DNA of 41,556 nucleotides from a virus (taxonomy: Duplodnaviria > Heunggongvirae > Uroviricota > Caudoviricetes): the IMG/VR virus record IMGVR_UViG_2802429245_000005, one strand, 5' to 3'. The number at the start of each line of letters is the position of its first letter. Position 1 is the first letter of the stretch. Of the stretch, positions 27,118-35,725 are shown one piece after another. The notes under the pieces are model-generated. The model was not told where the DNA came from and did no database searches. It was given only the letters and a program-made list of their open reading frames with translations. The translations under genes were made by a program, and so were the position numbers.

Positions 27118-27149
27118 GATAACAAAAACATTTAACATCTGGTTTAGAC

Positions 27150-27755
27150 ATGTTCGAGCAATTTAAAGAGATCGCATCATCGGCTATTAGCACAACGTCA
27201 GAGAGAGTCCGCAACCCAGCACTTGGGGCATTTGTGTTTTCGTGGTGTTCTTTTAACTGGAATCCACTATTATTTTTATTCTTCAGTAAGTCAGGAATTG
27301 AAGAAAAAATAAATTATATATCTTCCCATAGTGATGCGTACCACTCACTCTTATATCCAGCTTTATGTGCATTCGCGCTGTGTGTAATAGTTCCATGGTT
27401 TAACAATATAGTGGTGATGTTTCAAAAAATTCCACTACAGAACATCGATAACTTCAAACACAACAAAAGCCTCAGGGATGTTAAAAACGCCATAGAATTG
27501 CGTAAGCTTGAGGCACAAAGGGACATTACATACGACAGAGTTAAGGTTGAGTTTGAGTCTGAGATTCAATTCTATAAAAATGATTTAATCAAGCACCAAG
27601 AGTCTTTGAATTCTTTTTTGCAGGAAAGAGATTCCCTTATTGAAAAAATAATGGCGCTTGAAAAAGAACTTGCAGAAGAAAAAATAAAATCCAATACCAG
27701 AATTGCAAATAAGTTTAACTCAAGGAACAATCGCAACACAGACAATGCTGCTTAA
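27150..27755 (+). CDS. AT-rich membrane protein with C-terminal coiled coil; accessory gene
   Basis: 201 aa on the strand opposite to the flanking late genes. Two hydrophobic segments then a heptad-like Glu/Lys-rich tail. Operator motif at 27103-27117. Confidence 0.6.
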   Translation: MFEQFKEIASSAISTTSERVRNPALGAFVFSWCSFNWNPLLFLFFSKSGIEEKINYISSHSDAYHSLLYPALCAFALCVIVPWFNNIVVMFQKIPLQNIDNFKHNKSLRDVKNAIELRKLEAQRDITYDRVKVEFESEIQFYKNDLIKHQESLNSFLQERDSLIEKIMALEKELAEEKIKSNTRIANKFNSRNNRNTDNAA

Positions 27756-27759
27756 AACT

Positions 27760-29229
27760 TTATGAAAACGGATCGTACTCAGTAATAGCTTTCCCCTGCT
27801 GCTGCCGTGGGTCATTAGTTTTCTTGGCTACCGGGAAGGCGAACGTTAGCAGCAGCGCATCACCTTTACCCGGCGAACGCCCAAGTCGCTCTTTGATATC
27901 TTCCTTCGGTTCGATAACGATTTTACCGTCCACGCGAACTTTGTACTCTGCCGTCGACAGGTCGTCCGCTGTTTCCTGGTCATCCAGCATCCCGCCCAGC
28001 CTCAGCCATGTCTTGCATGAGTTGAACATCTCCCCACGCTTGTTGAGCATCTGCGGGTCAGTAGACGCGCCACCGAACGGAACAAGTTGCCATGTACGAC
28101 CCCAGCCGTCACCGATTGACTTCAGACCAGTTCCGTAACCGAAGTCGATGAACACTGCGTCAGCCTGGTACTGGTCTTCAAAGTCAGCGATACGCTTCGC
28201 CATTATCAGATCGTCAGTGGTCTTGTTGCCAGTCCACAGCACCTTACTGTGCAGCCCCTGCCGCAGGTATATCACAGCGTCATCAACGCCGGAGTATGCA
28301 GGGTCAACGCCGATTATCACCGGAGCATGTGCCACCTGCGCAGCAGTTACCACCCGTTTCATTGCCTCGTCAGTAAGACCGGTAGGGATAAACTGCAATT
28401 CAGATGCATCAGGAAATATGCCGCGCACACGGATTTTAACGAAGTCGCTGTCTTCCCCGTAGTCATCAACCCATTTCTGTAATTGCTGCTTGTTAGTACC
28501 TTCCACCGTCCGGCTGTCAATCTGTGCAGTTTTCCAGCGGTGTTTATATTTGCGGAAACATTCGCGGAAACGCCCGGTGTTACGTGTCGGGTTTCCGAAC
28601 GCCACCCAGATAATCTCAGTGTCTTCGTCCGTAAGCGCACCCTCAGCAACTTCCCACACCAGATCCGCAATGTTCGACGCTTCATCGAATACCACGATGA
28701 TGCGTTTGCGCTCATTGTGTAATCCGGCGAATGCCTCAGTGTTGTGCTCAGACCAGGGGATTGCGTCAGCTCGCCACCGCTTGTCGTGCCCAGGGTCATT
28801 GCTGTACATCGCGGTAGCGGTACAGGTAAACCAATCTTTCGTGATAGCAAGGTTCGACCACTTGATAATTTCCGGCCAGGTCTTCGTTCGTAGCTGGTTG
28901 TCGGTGTTGGCGGTCACCACGACCTTACAATCCTCGCAAGTGGACATGCCCCAGTTGATCAGCATTGAGATGAATGCTGATTTACCAATACCGTGACCAG
29001 AAGCACGTGCCAGCATAAGCGGCTGATAGCGCGTCTCTGGATTCTGCAGATGATCACGTATCTCTCGGAACGCATCGGCCTGCCACTGACGTGGACCGGT
29101 GGCATGTGCCAGTTCAGTCCCCTCTTCCCCCCACGGGAACGCATAGAGGGCATAGCCAAGTGGATCGTGAGTGAACCCTGCAATATCCTCGATTAACTGC
29201 TCTTCAGGAGATAACGCTGTATCTGTCAC
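27760..29229 (-). CDS. Terminase large subunit
   Basis: 489 aa. GTG start at 29227-29229 overlaps the small-subunit stop, with RBS AGGATGG. Walker-A-like GHGIGKS and a C-terminal nuclease-type acidic region. Confidence 0.85.
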   Translation of the reverse strand: MTDTALSPEEQLIEDIAGFTHDPLGYALYAFPWGEEGTELAHATGPRQWQADAFREIRDHLQNPETRYQPLMLARASGHGIGKSAFISMLINWGMSTCEDCKVVVTANTDNQLRTKTWPEIIKWSNLAITKDWFTCTATAMYSNDPGHDKRWRADAIPWSEHNTEAFAGLHNERKRIIVVFDEASNIADLVWEVAEGALTDEDTEIIWVAFGNPTRNTGRFRECFRKYKHRWKTAQIDSRTVEGTNKQQLQKWVDDYGEDSDFVKIRVRGIFPDASELQFIPTGLTDEAMKRVVTAAQVAHAPVIIGVDPAYSGVDDAVIYLRQGLHSKVLWTGNKTTDDLIMAKRIADFEDQYQADAVFIDFGYGTGLKSIGDGWGRTWQLVPFGGASTDPQMLNKRGEMFNSCKTWLRLGGMLDDQETADDLSTAEYKVRVDGKIVIEPKEDIKERLGRSPGKGDALLLTFAFPVAKKTNDPRQQQGKAITEYDPFS

Positions 29230-29822
29230 TGATTACCATCCTGACGTTCTTTGAGTCGCTTCCTGGCTGCTGCTATGCGATCAGCAATTGTCACATTCAC
29301 ATTAACATCCAGACGTTCTTTGAACGCGTTGACATCAACATGCTTACCAATCAGCTCAAGGTTCTTCACCTTGTCAGGCCATTTAATTTTTTTGAGGATT
29401 GTCTCTATCGAATCCTCGTTCATGTTCATGATGGTCGATGACAGATCAAAGCCACTAAGCGTAGTACGCCAGATTTTCGGCCACTCACGGATTGGTTTAA
29501 GGCTCCCATCGTCGTTGAGGATGTCGATCACGTCCATCTGGTCGATCTCCACCAGGCGCATGAGAACGTAATCAGCACTGACGCGCATTCGTTTGTTGCG
29601 CTCCTCCATCAACTCGGCAATCCGTTTCTGAATGCGTTCATCGCGCATCATGACACTGGCTTTAACTGCCGCTGTATTTGGGGAGAATCCTGCGTTAATC
29701 GCAGCCTGAGTCTGGTTTTCAGGCGTTTTGATGTATGACTGGCAATAAGCCTCCTGCATTGCTGTGAGCGGCTTAAATTGCGTTGATTTGCGTTTATAGG
29801 TTTTAGGTTCAGCAGGCATCAT
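29226..29822 (-). CDS. Terminase small subunit
   Basis: ATG ATG at 29817-29822 with GGTGG upstream. 4-nt stop/start overlap with the large subunit. Confidence 0.65.
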   Translation of the reverse strand: MMPAEPKTYKRKSTQFKPLTAMQEAYCQSYIKTPENQTQAAINAGFSPNTAAVKASVMMRDERIQKRIAELMEERNKRMRVSADYVLMRLVEIDQMDVIDILNDDGSLKPIREWPKIWRTTLSGFDLSSTIMNMNEDSIETILKKIKWPDKVKNLELIGKHVDVNAFKERLDVNVNVTIADRIAAARKRLKERQDGNQ

Positions 29823-29839
29823 AACCACCGTGGTAATTG

Positions 29840-29854
29840 TTACCGTTGTGGTAA
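29840..29854. promoter_or_regulatory. Palindromic operator-like site TTACCGTTGTGGTAA at the late-operon start
   Basis: Exact motif between the minus-strand terminator (29866-29891) and the terminase small subunit start (29822). Nested GGTAA/TTACC half-sites around it (29832-29861). Confidence 0.55.
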
Positions 29855-29865
29855 TAGTACCATGC

Positions 29866-29891
29866 AAAATAAAGCCGCCATAGTTGGCGGC
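29866..29891 (-). terminator. Rho-independent terminator between the early region and the terminase gene
   Basis: 7-bp perfect stem GCCGCCA / TGGCGGC followed on the minus strand by UUUAUUUU. Confidence 0.6.
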
Positions 29892-29940
29892 AGTATTCAA
29901 AACCCATCAAATTCATCATGCATAATCTACTCGTGACATG

Positions 29941-30279
29941 TCACACTATTAATTTCGTTTCATGCCAGCCTTTAGTCACCCAGCATTGCGAGTCACCATT
30001 ACACGGGCATGAATTAACTGGAACTCTCTCGCCGCACTTACCGCAACGTTTTCTGCTGATCGATTTTATACGCCCGCGCACGCGTGCATCATCCTGGCGG
30101 ATCAGTAACGCTATATACTCACCAAATTCGTAAGGCGCACGCCCGGGGCGACGCGTGGCACAGTTACGCTCCAGCATTTCAATTTCCTGAGCATCAAGCA
30201 CAATTTCCAGCTTACGCACACCAGATGCAGCTTGTCTGGCTCTCTGAGCGGCTTTGCGCTCTGCTGCTGATTTAGCCAT
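29941..30279 (-). CDS. Small DNA-binding-like protein with C-terminal Cys-rich zinc ribbon; candidate late-gene regulator
   Basis: Basic/Ala-rich N-terminus (MAKSAAERKAAQRARQAASGVRKLEIVLDAQEIEMLE) and C-terminal CGKCG...CPCNGDSQC. Last early gene before the terminator and terminase. Confidence 0.5.
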   Translation of the reverse strand: MAKSAAERKAAQRARQAASGVRKLEIVLDAQEIEMLERNCATRRPGRAPYEFGEYIALLIRQDDARVRGRIKSISRKRCGKCGERVPVNSCPCNGDSQCWVTKGWHETKLIV

Positions 30280-30553
30280 CAATATTTACCTTTATCGCGA
30301 ACACCTTTACCGGTTTATCGCCGAAGTGCGGATGTGTGATTGTCTTGATTTCATATCCGTCATACGGAACATTAATTCTGCGGCTGGAATCGTCGCGCTT
30401 CGGATATCCCTTTGTGATAATCAGGCGGTCGTACTCGCGGAACATAATTCGCTTATTCCAGTAGTCATTACACAGGCGATACTCTTCCGTTTTCTCTCCG
30501 CGAATCATGGCATCGAAGTATTCACCTTTGACGGCAAGTTGCAGGTTAGCCAC
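30272..30553 (-). CDS. Small protein, possible ASCH/PUA-like fold
   Basis: GTG start at 30551-30553 preceded by strong AGGAGGAAGG. 93 aa. Fold assignment from motif recall only. Confidence 0.5.
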   Translation of the reverse strand: MANLQLAVKGEYFDAMIRGEKTEEYRLCNDYWNKRIMFREYDRLIITKGYPKRDDSSRRINVPYDGYEIKTITHPHFGDKPVKVFAIKVNIDG

Positions 30554-30830
30554 GACCTTCCTCCTTTGGCTTGTGAATTTGTATCGTCATGCCGCTTTGA
30601 GTGGTGACTACAACGACAGAACCTGGCTGAAGGCTGTTAAGATTGAATGCTTCGTAAAACGAATCCAATGCCAGTGCTTTTTTATTCTTTCGGTTCCACC
30701 AACGCCATCCCTTGCTACAGGCTACATCGACAATCCACTGTCCACTCCTGTAAGCCATATAAAACCAGATGAGCAAAACCTGAAGGAAGGCTATCCAGTC
30801 AATAATCGTATATTTCGCGAAGGAGTCCAT
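30546..30830 (-). CDS. Small membrane protein
   Basis: AGGAGGTGA before ATG at 30828-30830, which overlaps the upstream stop. One hydrophobic helix (IIDWIAFLQVLLIWFYMAY). Confidence 0.45.
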   Translation of the reverse strand: MDSFAKYTIIDWIAFLQVLLIWFYMAYRSGQWIVDVACSKGWRWWNRKNKKALALDSFYEAFNLNSLQPGSVVVVTTQSGMTIQIHKPKEEGRG

Positions 30831-31660
30831 CACTTCACCTCCTGCGGCGGTTCCGGTAGCCGCATCCAGTCGGTTACATTGCGACTCTGTGTTTCGAAAA
30901 GTTCATCACCATTGCGGACAATATCGAAAAACTCTCCGTCTCGATATTGCGCATAAAGAACGAATGCGCCATCACATAAAATAATTACGTGCTGACCATC
31001 ATCTGGCATTCGCTCACTACAGCTTATCCAACCATCCGGAGTTACCGGAGAATTGCCATTTACCAAGTCAGCTCGAACATATAGCGTGTCATCATGGTGC
31101 TGATTGTGGCTGCACCACGTTAATTCGCTTAACTCGCCATCTTCTGGCCATACTCCAGCTGTTTGCAGCCAGATATGGGCTGGCGCATCCTGGCAAGGTG
31201 TATTAACTGGAAACTTGTAAGTTTGGCTTACAGGTTGGCTACCCTGAAGCATGGCAGCGTGGCAGGCATCCTCTACGCCCTTAACTGCATCTGCGCAGTA
31301 GTTATAGCGATTGCATTCCACTAACTTCTGCTTGAGGATTTCAATTGTTTGCGCGACATCAGCCTGTATTACCGGCGCTGGCGGTGCAGTGTACACAGTA
31401 CGAAATTCGGCGTTTTCACTGGCGTTATCTTTGACAAACTCGTATTCCTGCTCGGTCAATTCCTGCCATCCGGTCGTCATGCCATTGTAGGGATTTCGCT
31501 CGCGATAGAGAGTTACCTTTTCAGCTTCCAGAGATGCCAGTGCAATCCGTGCCAGTTCTTTAAGATTTTCGCTATATGGTGAAGTATTATCACGGTTGAT
31601 TACGTGATTAGCTGTATCTATGAGAACTTGCTTTTGTTCTTCTCTGTTCATAGTGGTCAT
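30830..31660 (-). CDS. DUF551-type phage protein
   Basis: AAGGAGA before ATG at 31658-31660. C-terminal WISCSERMPDDGQHVIILCDGAFVLYAQYRDGEFFD resembles the DUF551 domain. Confidence 0.6.
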   Translation of the reverse strand: MTTMNREEQKQVLIDTANHVINRDNTSPYSENLKELARIALASLEAEKVTLYRERNPYNGMTTGWQELTEQEYEFVKDNASENAEFRTVYTAPPAPVIQADVAQTIEILKQKLVECNRYNYCADAVKGVEDACHAAMLQGSQPVSQTYKFPVNTPCQDAPAHIWLQTAGVWPEDGELSELTWCSHNQHHDDTLYVRADLVNGNSPVTPDGWISCSERMPDDGQHVIILCDGAFVLYAQYRDGEFFDIVRNGDELFETQSRNVTDWMRLPEPPQEVK

Positions 31661-31661
31661 C

Positions 31662-32222
31662 TCACTCTCCTTTGATGCGAATGCCAGCGGCGCGTGGCAC
31701 ATTAACTTCCACGATGCGCACAGTTGGTTTGTACATCTCAATCGCTGTCAGCCAGTCAGCTCCTGTCATGCGCTTTTCCGCATCGCCATTAGTCCACTGA
31801 ACCGGTACACCAATAGCCTTCATCGCGATTTCTATTTCCCCGGCAATGGCGCTTTTTCCGCAACCAGTAAAACCAGATACAACGACAAGAACTTCGCCTT
31901 TGGCTGGTTTTATTTCCCGTGCTTCCAGTTCTGCAATGCGCTTTTTGTCTGCTTCCCGTTCATCCAGTAGTGCCAGCAAGATAGCTGGACTGGCTGCGGC
32001 GATGAATTCAGCATTGGCCTGCTGTTCCATTTGGAAATCTTCATCGAAACCGCTTTCTGGATGCGCTCCTTCAATTCTGCAAATGGGAAGATATCCAACA
32101 ACTTCACGATGAATTAGCGCATCACCAGCATCAAATCTCTCCTCTCCATATTCGAGCGACCACACACCACACGTTGCTTTCTCTGCCTTTTCACGCAGTG
32201 CCTGATAGTCAATCTTGCTCAC
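31662..32222 (-). CDS. Ead/Ea22-like early protein
   Basis: AGGAGG before GTG at 32220-32222. N-terminus MSKIDYQALREKAEKATCGVW resembles the Ead/Ea22 family. Confidence 0.6.
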   Translation of the reverse strand: MSKIDYQALREKAEKATCGVWSLEYGEERFDAGDALIHREVVGYLPICRIEGAHPESGFDEDFQMEQQANAEFIAAASPAILLALLDEREADKKRIAELEAREIKPAKGEVLVVVSGFTGCGKSAIAGEIEIAMKAIGVPVQWTNGDAEKRMTGADWLTAIEMYKPTVRIVEVNVPRAAGIRIKGE

Positions 32223-32526
32223 TGGGTGCCTCCTTTGCTGGGCTTTCTAACTTCTGAGTGGTTGTATCAAACTCAAACAACTTAACCACGTCATCAAACA
32301 GGACATAATCTCCATCAGAATCTTCAGTCATGTCAGCGCCACAATCCTGACCGCACGAGTCACAACCATCCATATCAAGCTCGTATCGCTTGAGGTTTGC
32401 GATATTTGATAAATTCAGCGCCAGTACAGCTAGGTCATAAACCTCGTCAGCGGTATACCCTGCACCATGTCCATACATTTCAATGCGGGATATGATTTCT
32501 TCTACCCGTTGTTTTGTGATTGTCAT
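32209..32526 (-). CDS. Small acidic early protein
   Basis: GGGAGGTGAG before ATG at 32524-32526. Overlapping stop/start with both neighbours. Confidence 0.45.
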   Translation of the reverse strand: MTITKQRVEEIISRIEMYGHGAGYTADEVYDLAVLALNLSNIANLKRYELDMDGCDSCGQDCGADMTEDSDGDYVLFDDVVKLFEFDTTTQKLESPAKEAPSEQD

Positions 32527-32984
32527 TTTTGCTCACCTCCCTGTTCTTCCAGAAAAATACGCATAGCCTCAAGCATCTCTTCGGTGTCATACGGTGACAA
32601 CTTGTCACGCAGGATGTGTTCAATGCTGTTAATGAACTTGCGGATTGCTTTGCGTTCAATTTCAGCCAGAAAAGCATCGGTGGCTGGCATATTTCCTGTT
32701 GCCTTCATGGCCTCCAAAATAACCAGAACGCCATCTCGCCCAACCTCATCAGCGATAATCTCGGTGTTGTCGCCAACAACATCGCAGAATGCCTGAACTG
32801 CCTTACGAGCCAGCTCATTCTCCGCCGCAAGCGCATTAGCACGCGCCAGTTGCACTTCCAGTTGCGTTGCCAAATCGCTGATCAGCTTTGCCACACTGCG
32901 CATATCAACGGCACCACATTCTGCTTTCAGTTCCGAAGCCATCTCATGCCCGGCGGCAACTAACCCTTTGATATTACTTTCCAT
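32523..32984 (-). CDS. Early protein of unknown function
   Basis: RBS GAGGG before ATG at 32982-32984. 153 aa, helical and acidic. Confidence 0.5.
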   Translation of the reverse strand: MESNIKGLVAAGHEMASELKAECGAVDMRSVAKLISDLATQLEVQLARANALAAENELARKAVQAFCDVVGDNTEIIADEVGRDGVLVILEAMKATGNMPATDAFLAEIERKAIRKFINSIEHILRDKLSPYDTEEMLEAMRIFLEEQGGEQK

Positions 32985-33045
32985 CTTTACCCTCGCTTAT
33001 CCACATAACTTATTGATTACATTGATAACTAAAAAGATCGTCGAT

Positions 33046-33390
33046 TCAGAACTCTTCGATGTTCCAGCCATCACCCGCTTTCTTTGTCTTAACCGTTACC
33101 CCGATGATGCGAAACGGGTACTGGTCTGCTGCGACTTTGGTTTTCACCCTGGCGTCGTCGGTCCAGAAACCTTTCACTTCGTGTAGTTCCATCTCGCCGG
33201 TGGCGAGCATCACAGCAAAATCGGGCGTATAGAACGTGTTGTCAGCTAACCGCAGCTTGATACCCTCGAATCGATACCAGGCGATTTCCCCTGCACGTTT
33301 ACGCAGCTCAAGGTGCTGGCAATACGCAGATTCTGTTTTGTTCATCTGGCCTGTTTTGAGTCGACCAAGAGCCTGTATCTGTTTTCTCAT
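33046..33390 (-). CDS. Small PD-(D/E)xK-type nuclease (VRR-NUC-like)
   Basis: Motifs YTPDF ... ELHEVKG (PD...ExK). 114 aa. Two operator motifs upstream at 33394-33408 and 33456-33470. Confidence 0.55.
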   Translation of the reverse strand: MRKQIQALGRLKTGQMNKTESAYCQHLELRKRAGEIAWYRFEGIKLRLADNTFYTPDFAVMLATGEMELHEVKGFWTDDARVKTKVAADQYPFRIIGVTVKTKKAGDGWNIEEF

Positions 33391-33393
33391 GAT

Positions 33394-33408
33394 TTACCCC
33401 TGAGGTAA
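33394..33408. promoter_or_regulatory. Palindromic operator-like site TTACCCCTGAGGTAA
   Basis: Exact motif directly upstream of the start of gene 33046-33390. Confidence 0.55.
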
Positions 33409-33455
33409 TTAAAAACCACATAAGACACGAAATCAATAGAGTTTAGAATATTTTG

Positions 33456-33470
33456 TTACCAAACAGGTAA
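33456..33470. promoter_or_regulatory. Palindromic operator-like site TTACCAAACAGGTAA
   Basis: Exact motif between the P-like gene end and gene 33046-33390; 62 bp from the previous site. Confidence 0.55.
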
Positions 33471-33507
33471 TTATCAAGACGTAAAAAAATGCGCTATCGC
33501 GCTGGTA

Positions 33508-34284
33508 TTACTTGATAAATCCTGCCGCCTTTCCCCGCCTGTATTCCTCCATCAGCCACTGCGCCGGTGTTATTCCCCCAAGGGTGGCGGCGTTAGGCAT
33601 GCACCCGAAACTTCGCCCTGGTGGATGGTAAACGTCTCTCCCTGTGTCCGGAGGTGTACTCATGGGCTCTGGCTTTGCCTGTATGCTGATCACCGGATCG
33701 GGTATCTGCTGTCCGGAAGCCACCTTTTTCGCCCAATCATCGAGCAGCCTGCGCGCGTGTTTCTCAACCTCAATCTCGCTAAGCTGGCGCTGATACATTG
33801 CACGGCGGGTATCACATACGACCCAGTACATAACCGGATGCCGCCACGGGAATCTTTCGGGACCACCAGGATATAAACTTTTTTCCTTGCTGTACCGGTG
33901 AAACTCCGCCATCACATCGTCAATGGTGACGCCAAGAACCATCTTGCTGTCTTTACACCACTTGATAAATTGCCCTGGCGACGGCCAGAACGGAGATTCA
34001 CTGGCGCGGGCGTGGCGCATACCAGCGTTAACCTGTTCCATTGTAGTGATCCCATTCTCCAGAAACGCAAGCATCCATTGCTTACGGAATTCATTAAGTT
34101 TGTTCTGCTCCCTTATGGTCGAAACGCTTGCAGGAAATGCAGCCTGTAACTGGACAAATAGTTCATTGAAAATTCTAGCGACCTGCTCCTTTTTGCCATT
34201 GCTGTCACGCCGCTCTTCATGCACAGCAACACCATGCTCACGTAAGCGATCGTACTCATTGAGAAGTTCTGGAGTTGATTTCAT
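33508..34284 (-). CDS. P: Replication protein P-like helicase loader
   Basis: Strong resemblance to lambda P over IFNELFVQLQAAFPAS...RKQWMLAFLENGITTMEQVNAGMRHARASESPFWPSPGQFIKWCKD. RBS AAGGGG before ATG. Confidence 0.8.
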   Translation of the reverse strand: MKSTPELLNEYDRLREHGVAVHEERRDSNGKKEQVARIFNELFVQLQAAFPASVSTIREQNKLNEFRKQWMLAFLENGITTMEQVNAGMRHARASESPFWPSPGQFIKWCKDSKMVLGVTIDDVMAEFHRYSKEKSLYPGGPERFPWRHPVMYWVVCDTRRAMYQRQLSEIEVEKHARRLLDDWAKKVASGQQIPDPVISIQAKPEPMSTPPDTGRDVYHPPGRSFGCMPNAATLGGITPAQWLMEEYRRGKAAGFIK

Positions 34285-35086
34285 CCCACACCCCTTCTAT
34301 CCAGTCAGTGTTATTCCAGTCAAGCTCATCGCTTTTCCCGACGTTTTTTGATTTTCCCCTGATATGATTTACGTGCCTGGCGAATTTTTGTTCCCACTGA
34401 ACCTGCGTGAACACTTTGCCCTCAGCCATCCAGTAATCCCGGAATGCAGCAAGTTCAGCAGGTGTAAATTCCGGTTCCGGCAGGGCCGTTCCCCACAGCG
34501 CAGCACGCCGTCGAAAATCCGGCGACGGATGCCAGCCATCGGTCATCGGAAATTTCCCAATAGGTTCACTCAGGCCATCCAGAAATGCAGGTTCTGCCAC
34601 CTGCAACGGCGTACCGTTCGCTTCACTGGTCGGATCACTCTCGCGCGCGTGTGCTATGTGTGGGGTTTTATATATATCTTCCTCTTCCTCTTCCTCTGGT
34701 AACTCTTTTTGTAACGCTGTTGGCGTTACTTTTTGCGTTACTCGTTTTCGATGCTCTGCCACTCTTCTATTCGTAAGTGCACGTTTTTTCGATGATTCTC
34801 CATTGTGTCGCTCAAAGTTTGGAAGAATTAGTTTGCCGTCATGATAAGCAAGCCATCCGACGCTAATGAGGGCGTCAGCAAATCCTGTAATAAAAGCGAG
34901 TCTATCAAGTACTCCTTTTGTAACGCTGCCAGCGTTACCGTCTATTGTTTGCTGGTCAGCCCATGCCCATATACGAACCAGCTTTCCAAGAACAGCATCT
35001 GGATCAATACCCAGAATTTCTGCTATCTGAAAAATTTCAGGTTTATCAGGAGTGATAACTTCAACCTTAATCCAGCTGCTTGCCAT
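34256..35086 (-). CDS. Replication initiation/organiser protein with DnaT-like C-terminal domain (O-equivalent)
   Basis: C-terminus GKFPMTDGWHPSPDFRRRAALWGTALPEPEFTPAELAAFRDYWMAEGKVFTQVQWEQKFARH matches the DnaT C-terminal domain. GAGGGG before ATG at 35084-35086. Confidence 0.7.
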   Translation of the reverse strand: MASSWIKVEVITPDKPEIFQIAEILGIDPDAVLGKLVRIWAWADQQTIDGNAGSVTKGVLDRLAFITGFADALISVGWLAYHDGKLILPNFERHNGESSKKRALTNRRVAEHRKRVTQKVTPTALQKELPEEEEEEDIYKTPHIAHARESDPTSEANGTPLQVAEPAFLDGLSEPIGKFPMTDGWHPSPDFRRRAALWGTALPEPEFTPAELAAFRDYWMAEGKVFTQVQWEQKFARHVNHIRGKSKNVGKSDELDWNNTDWIEGVWDEINSRTSQ

Positions 35087-35279
35087 AGGTTTCCCCTCTT
35101 GCACTCTTTAGTGCACAAGCAAATTCATTACGATGGCGGTTGGCGCTATTCATTGCACATTCAACACATGTTCCGTTCAGAACATACCTTTCAGAGAGAT
35201 GGCCGTGACGGCACCGCTTTCCTGTGAAATAGCGATTTAACCCGGCTTTTGCGGCCTCCATTCTGGTTACTATCTTCAA
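35067..35279 (-). CDS. Small Cys/His-rich zinc-binding-like protein
   Basis: 70 aa with CRHGH...CVEC. Start is either TTG 35279 (AAGGGG upstream) or ATG 35261. Confidence 0.45.
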   Translation of the reverse strand: MKIVTRMEAAKAGLNRYFTGKRCRHGHLSERYVLNGTCVECAMNSANRHRNEFACALKSARGETYGKQLD

Positions 35280-35357
35280 TTTTTCCGCCCCTTTTTGTTA
35301 TTGATATTGGCTATTTTGCACAATTGGAAAATTTGATCAACCAGATTTGGTTTTTTA

Positions 35358-35372
35358 TTACCTTTGAGGTAC
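35358..35372. promoter_or_regulatory. Operator-like site TTACCTTTGAGGTAC (one mismatch)
   Basis: Between the terminator after the cro-like gene and the 70-aa zinc-binding-like gene. Confidence 0.4.
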
Positions 35373-35380
35373 GAATAGAT

Positions 35381-35406
35381 ATGAAAAGACCGCCGGATGG
35401 CGGTCT
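35381..35406 (-). terminator. Rho-independent terminator after the cro-like gene
   Basis: 8-bp perfect stem AGACCGCC / GGCGGTCT with a U-rich tail on the minus strand, 22 nt after the cro-like stop. Confidence 0.6.
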
Positions 35407-35427
35407 ACAGAGGGTTGTGGATGGATA

Positions 35428-35658
35428 TCATGAGTAGAAGAAGTATGCCAGTTCTGCTTTTGAGCGCAGCCATTGTCTTGTTTTACAGGCTTTAAAAAGC
35501 CCATTCATCAATACCTTACCTGGCATTTTGCGCTTACCTGTTAAGTGAGTCTGGATATAGTGACTCGTCGTTCCGGCTTCCTGTGCGAAGGCTTCACGCT
35601 CATCCGGAGTAAGTGCAAGCCAGTGCTTTTTGAAATCGAAATGTCCGTTATCGCTCAT
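35428..35658 (-). CDS. Cro-like small HTH regulator, first gene of the leftward early operon
   Basis: 76 aa with HTH-like LTPDEREAFAQEAGTTSHYIQTHLTGKR. Divergent from the repressor-like gene. Intrinsic terminator directly downstream. Confidence 0.6.
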   Translation of the reverse strand: MSDNGHFDFKKHWLALTPDEREAFAQEAGTTSHYIQTHLTGKRKMPGKVLMNGLFKACKTRQWLRSKAELAYFFYS

Positions 35659-35694
35659 AGCTATTGCCTGATATTTATTTCAGATAATAAATAT

Positions 35695-35709
35695 TCACCC
35701 ATAAGGTAA
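35695..35709. promoter_or_regulatory. Operator-like site TCACCCATAAGGTAA (one mismatch) in immunity region
   Basis: First of three sites between the divergent cro-like (start 35658) and repressor-like (start 35813) genes. Confidence 0.45.
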
Positions 35710-35725
35710 CAAAAATCAAGGATAG

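Noticed and set aside
26829-27131. 100-aa minus-strand ORF
   Set aside because: Overlaps the tRNA-Arg gene and both intrinsic terminators; the region is better explained as RNA features.
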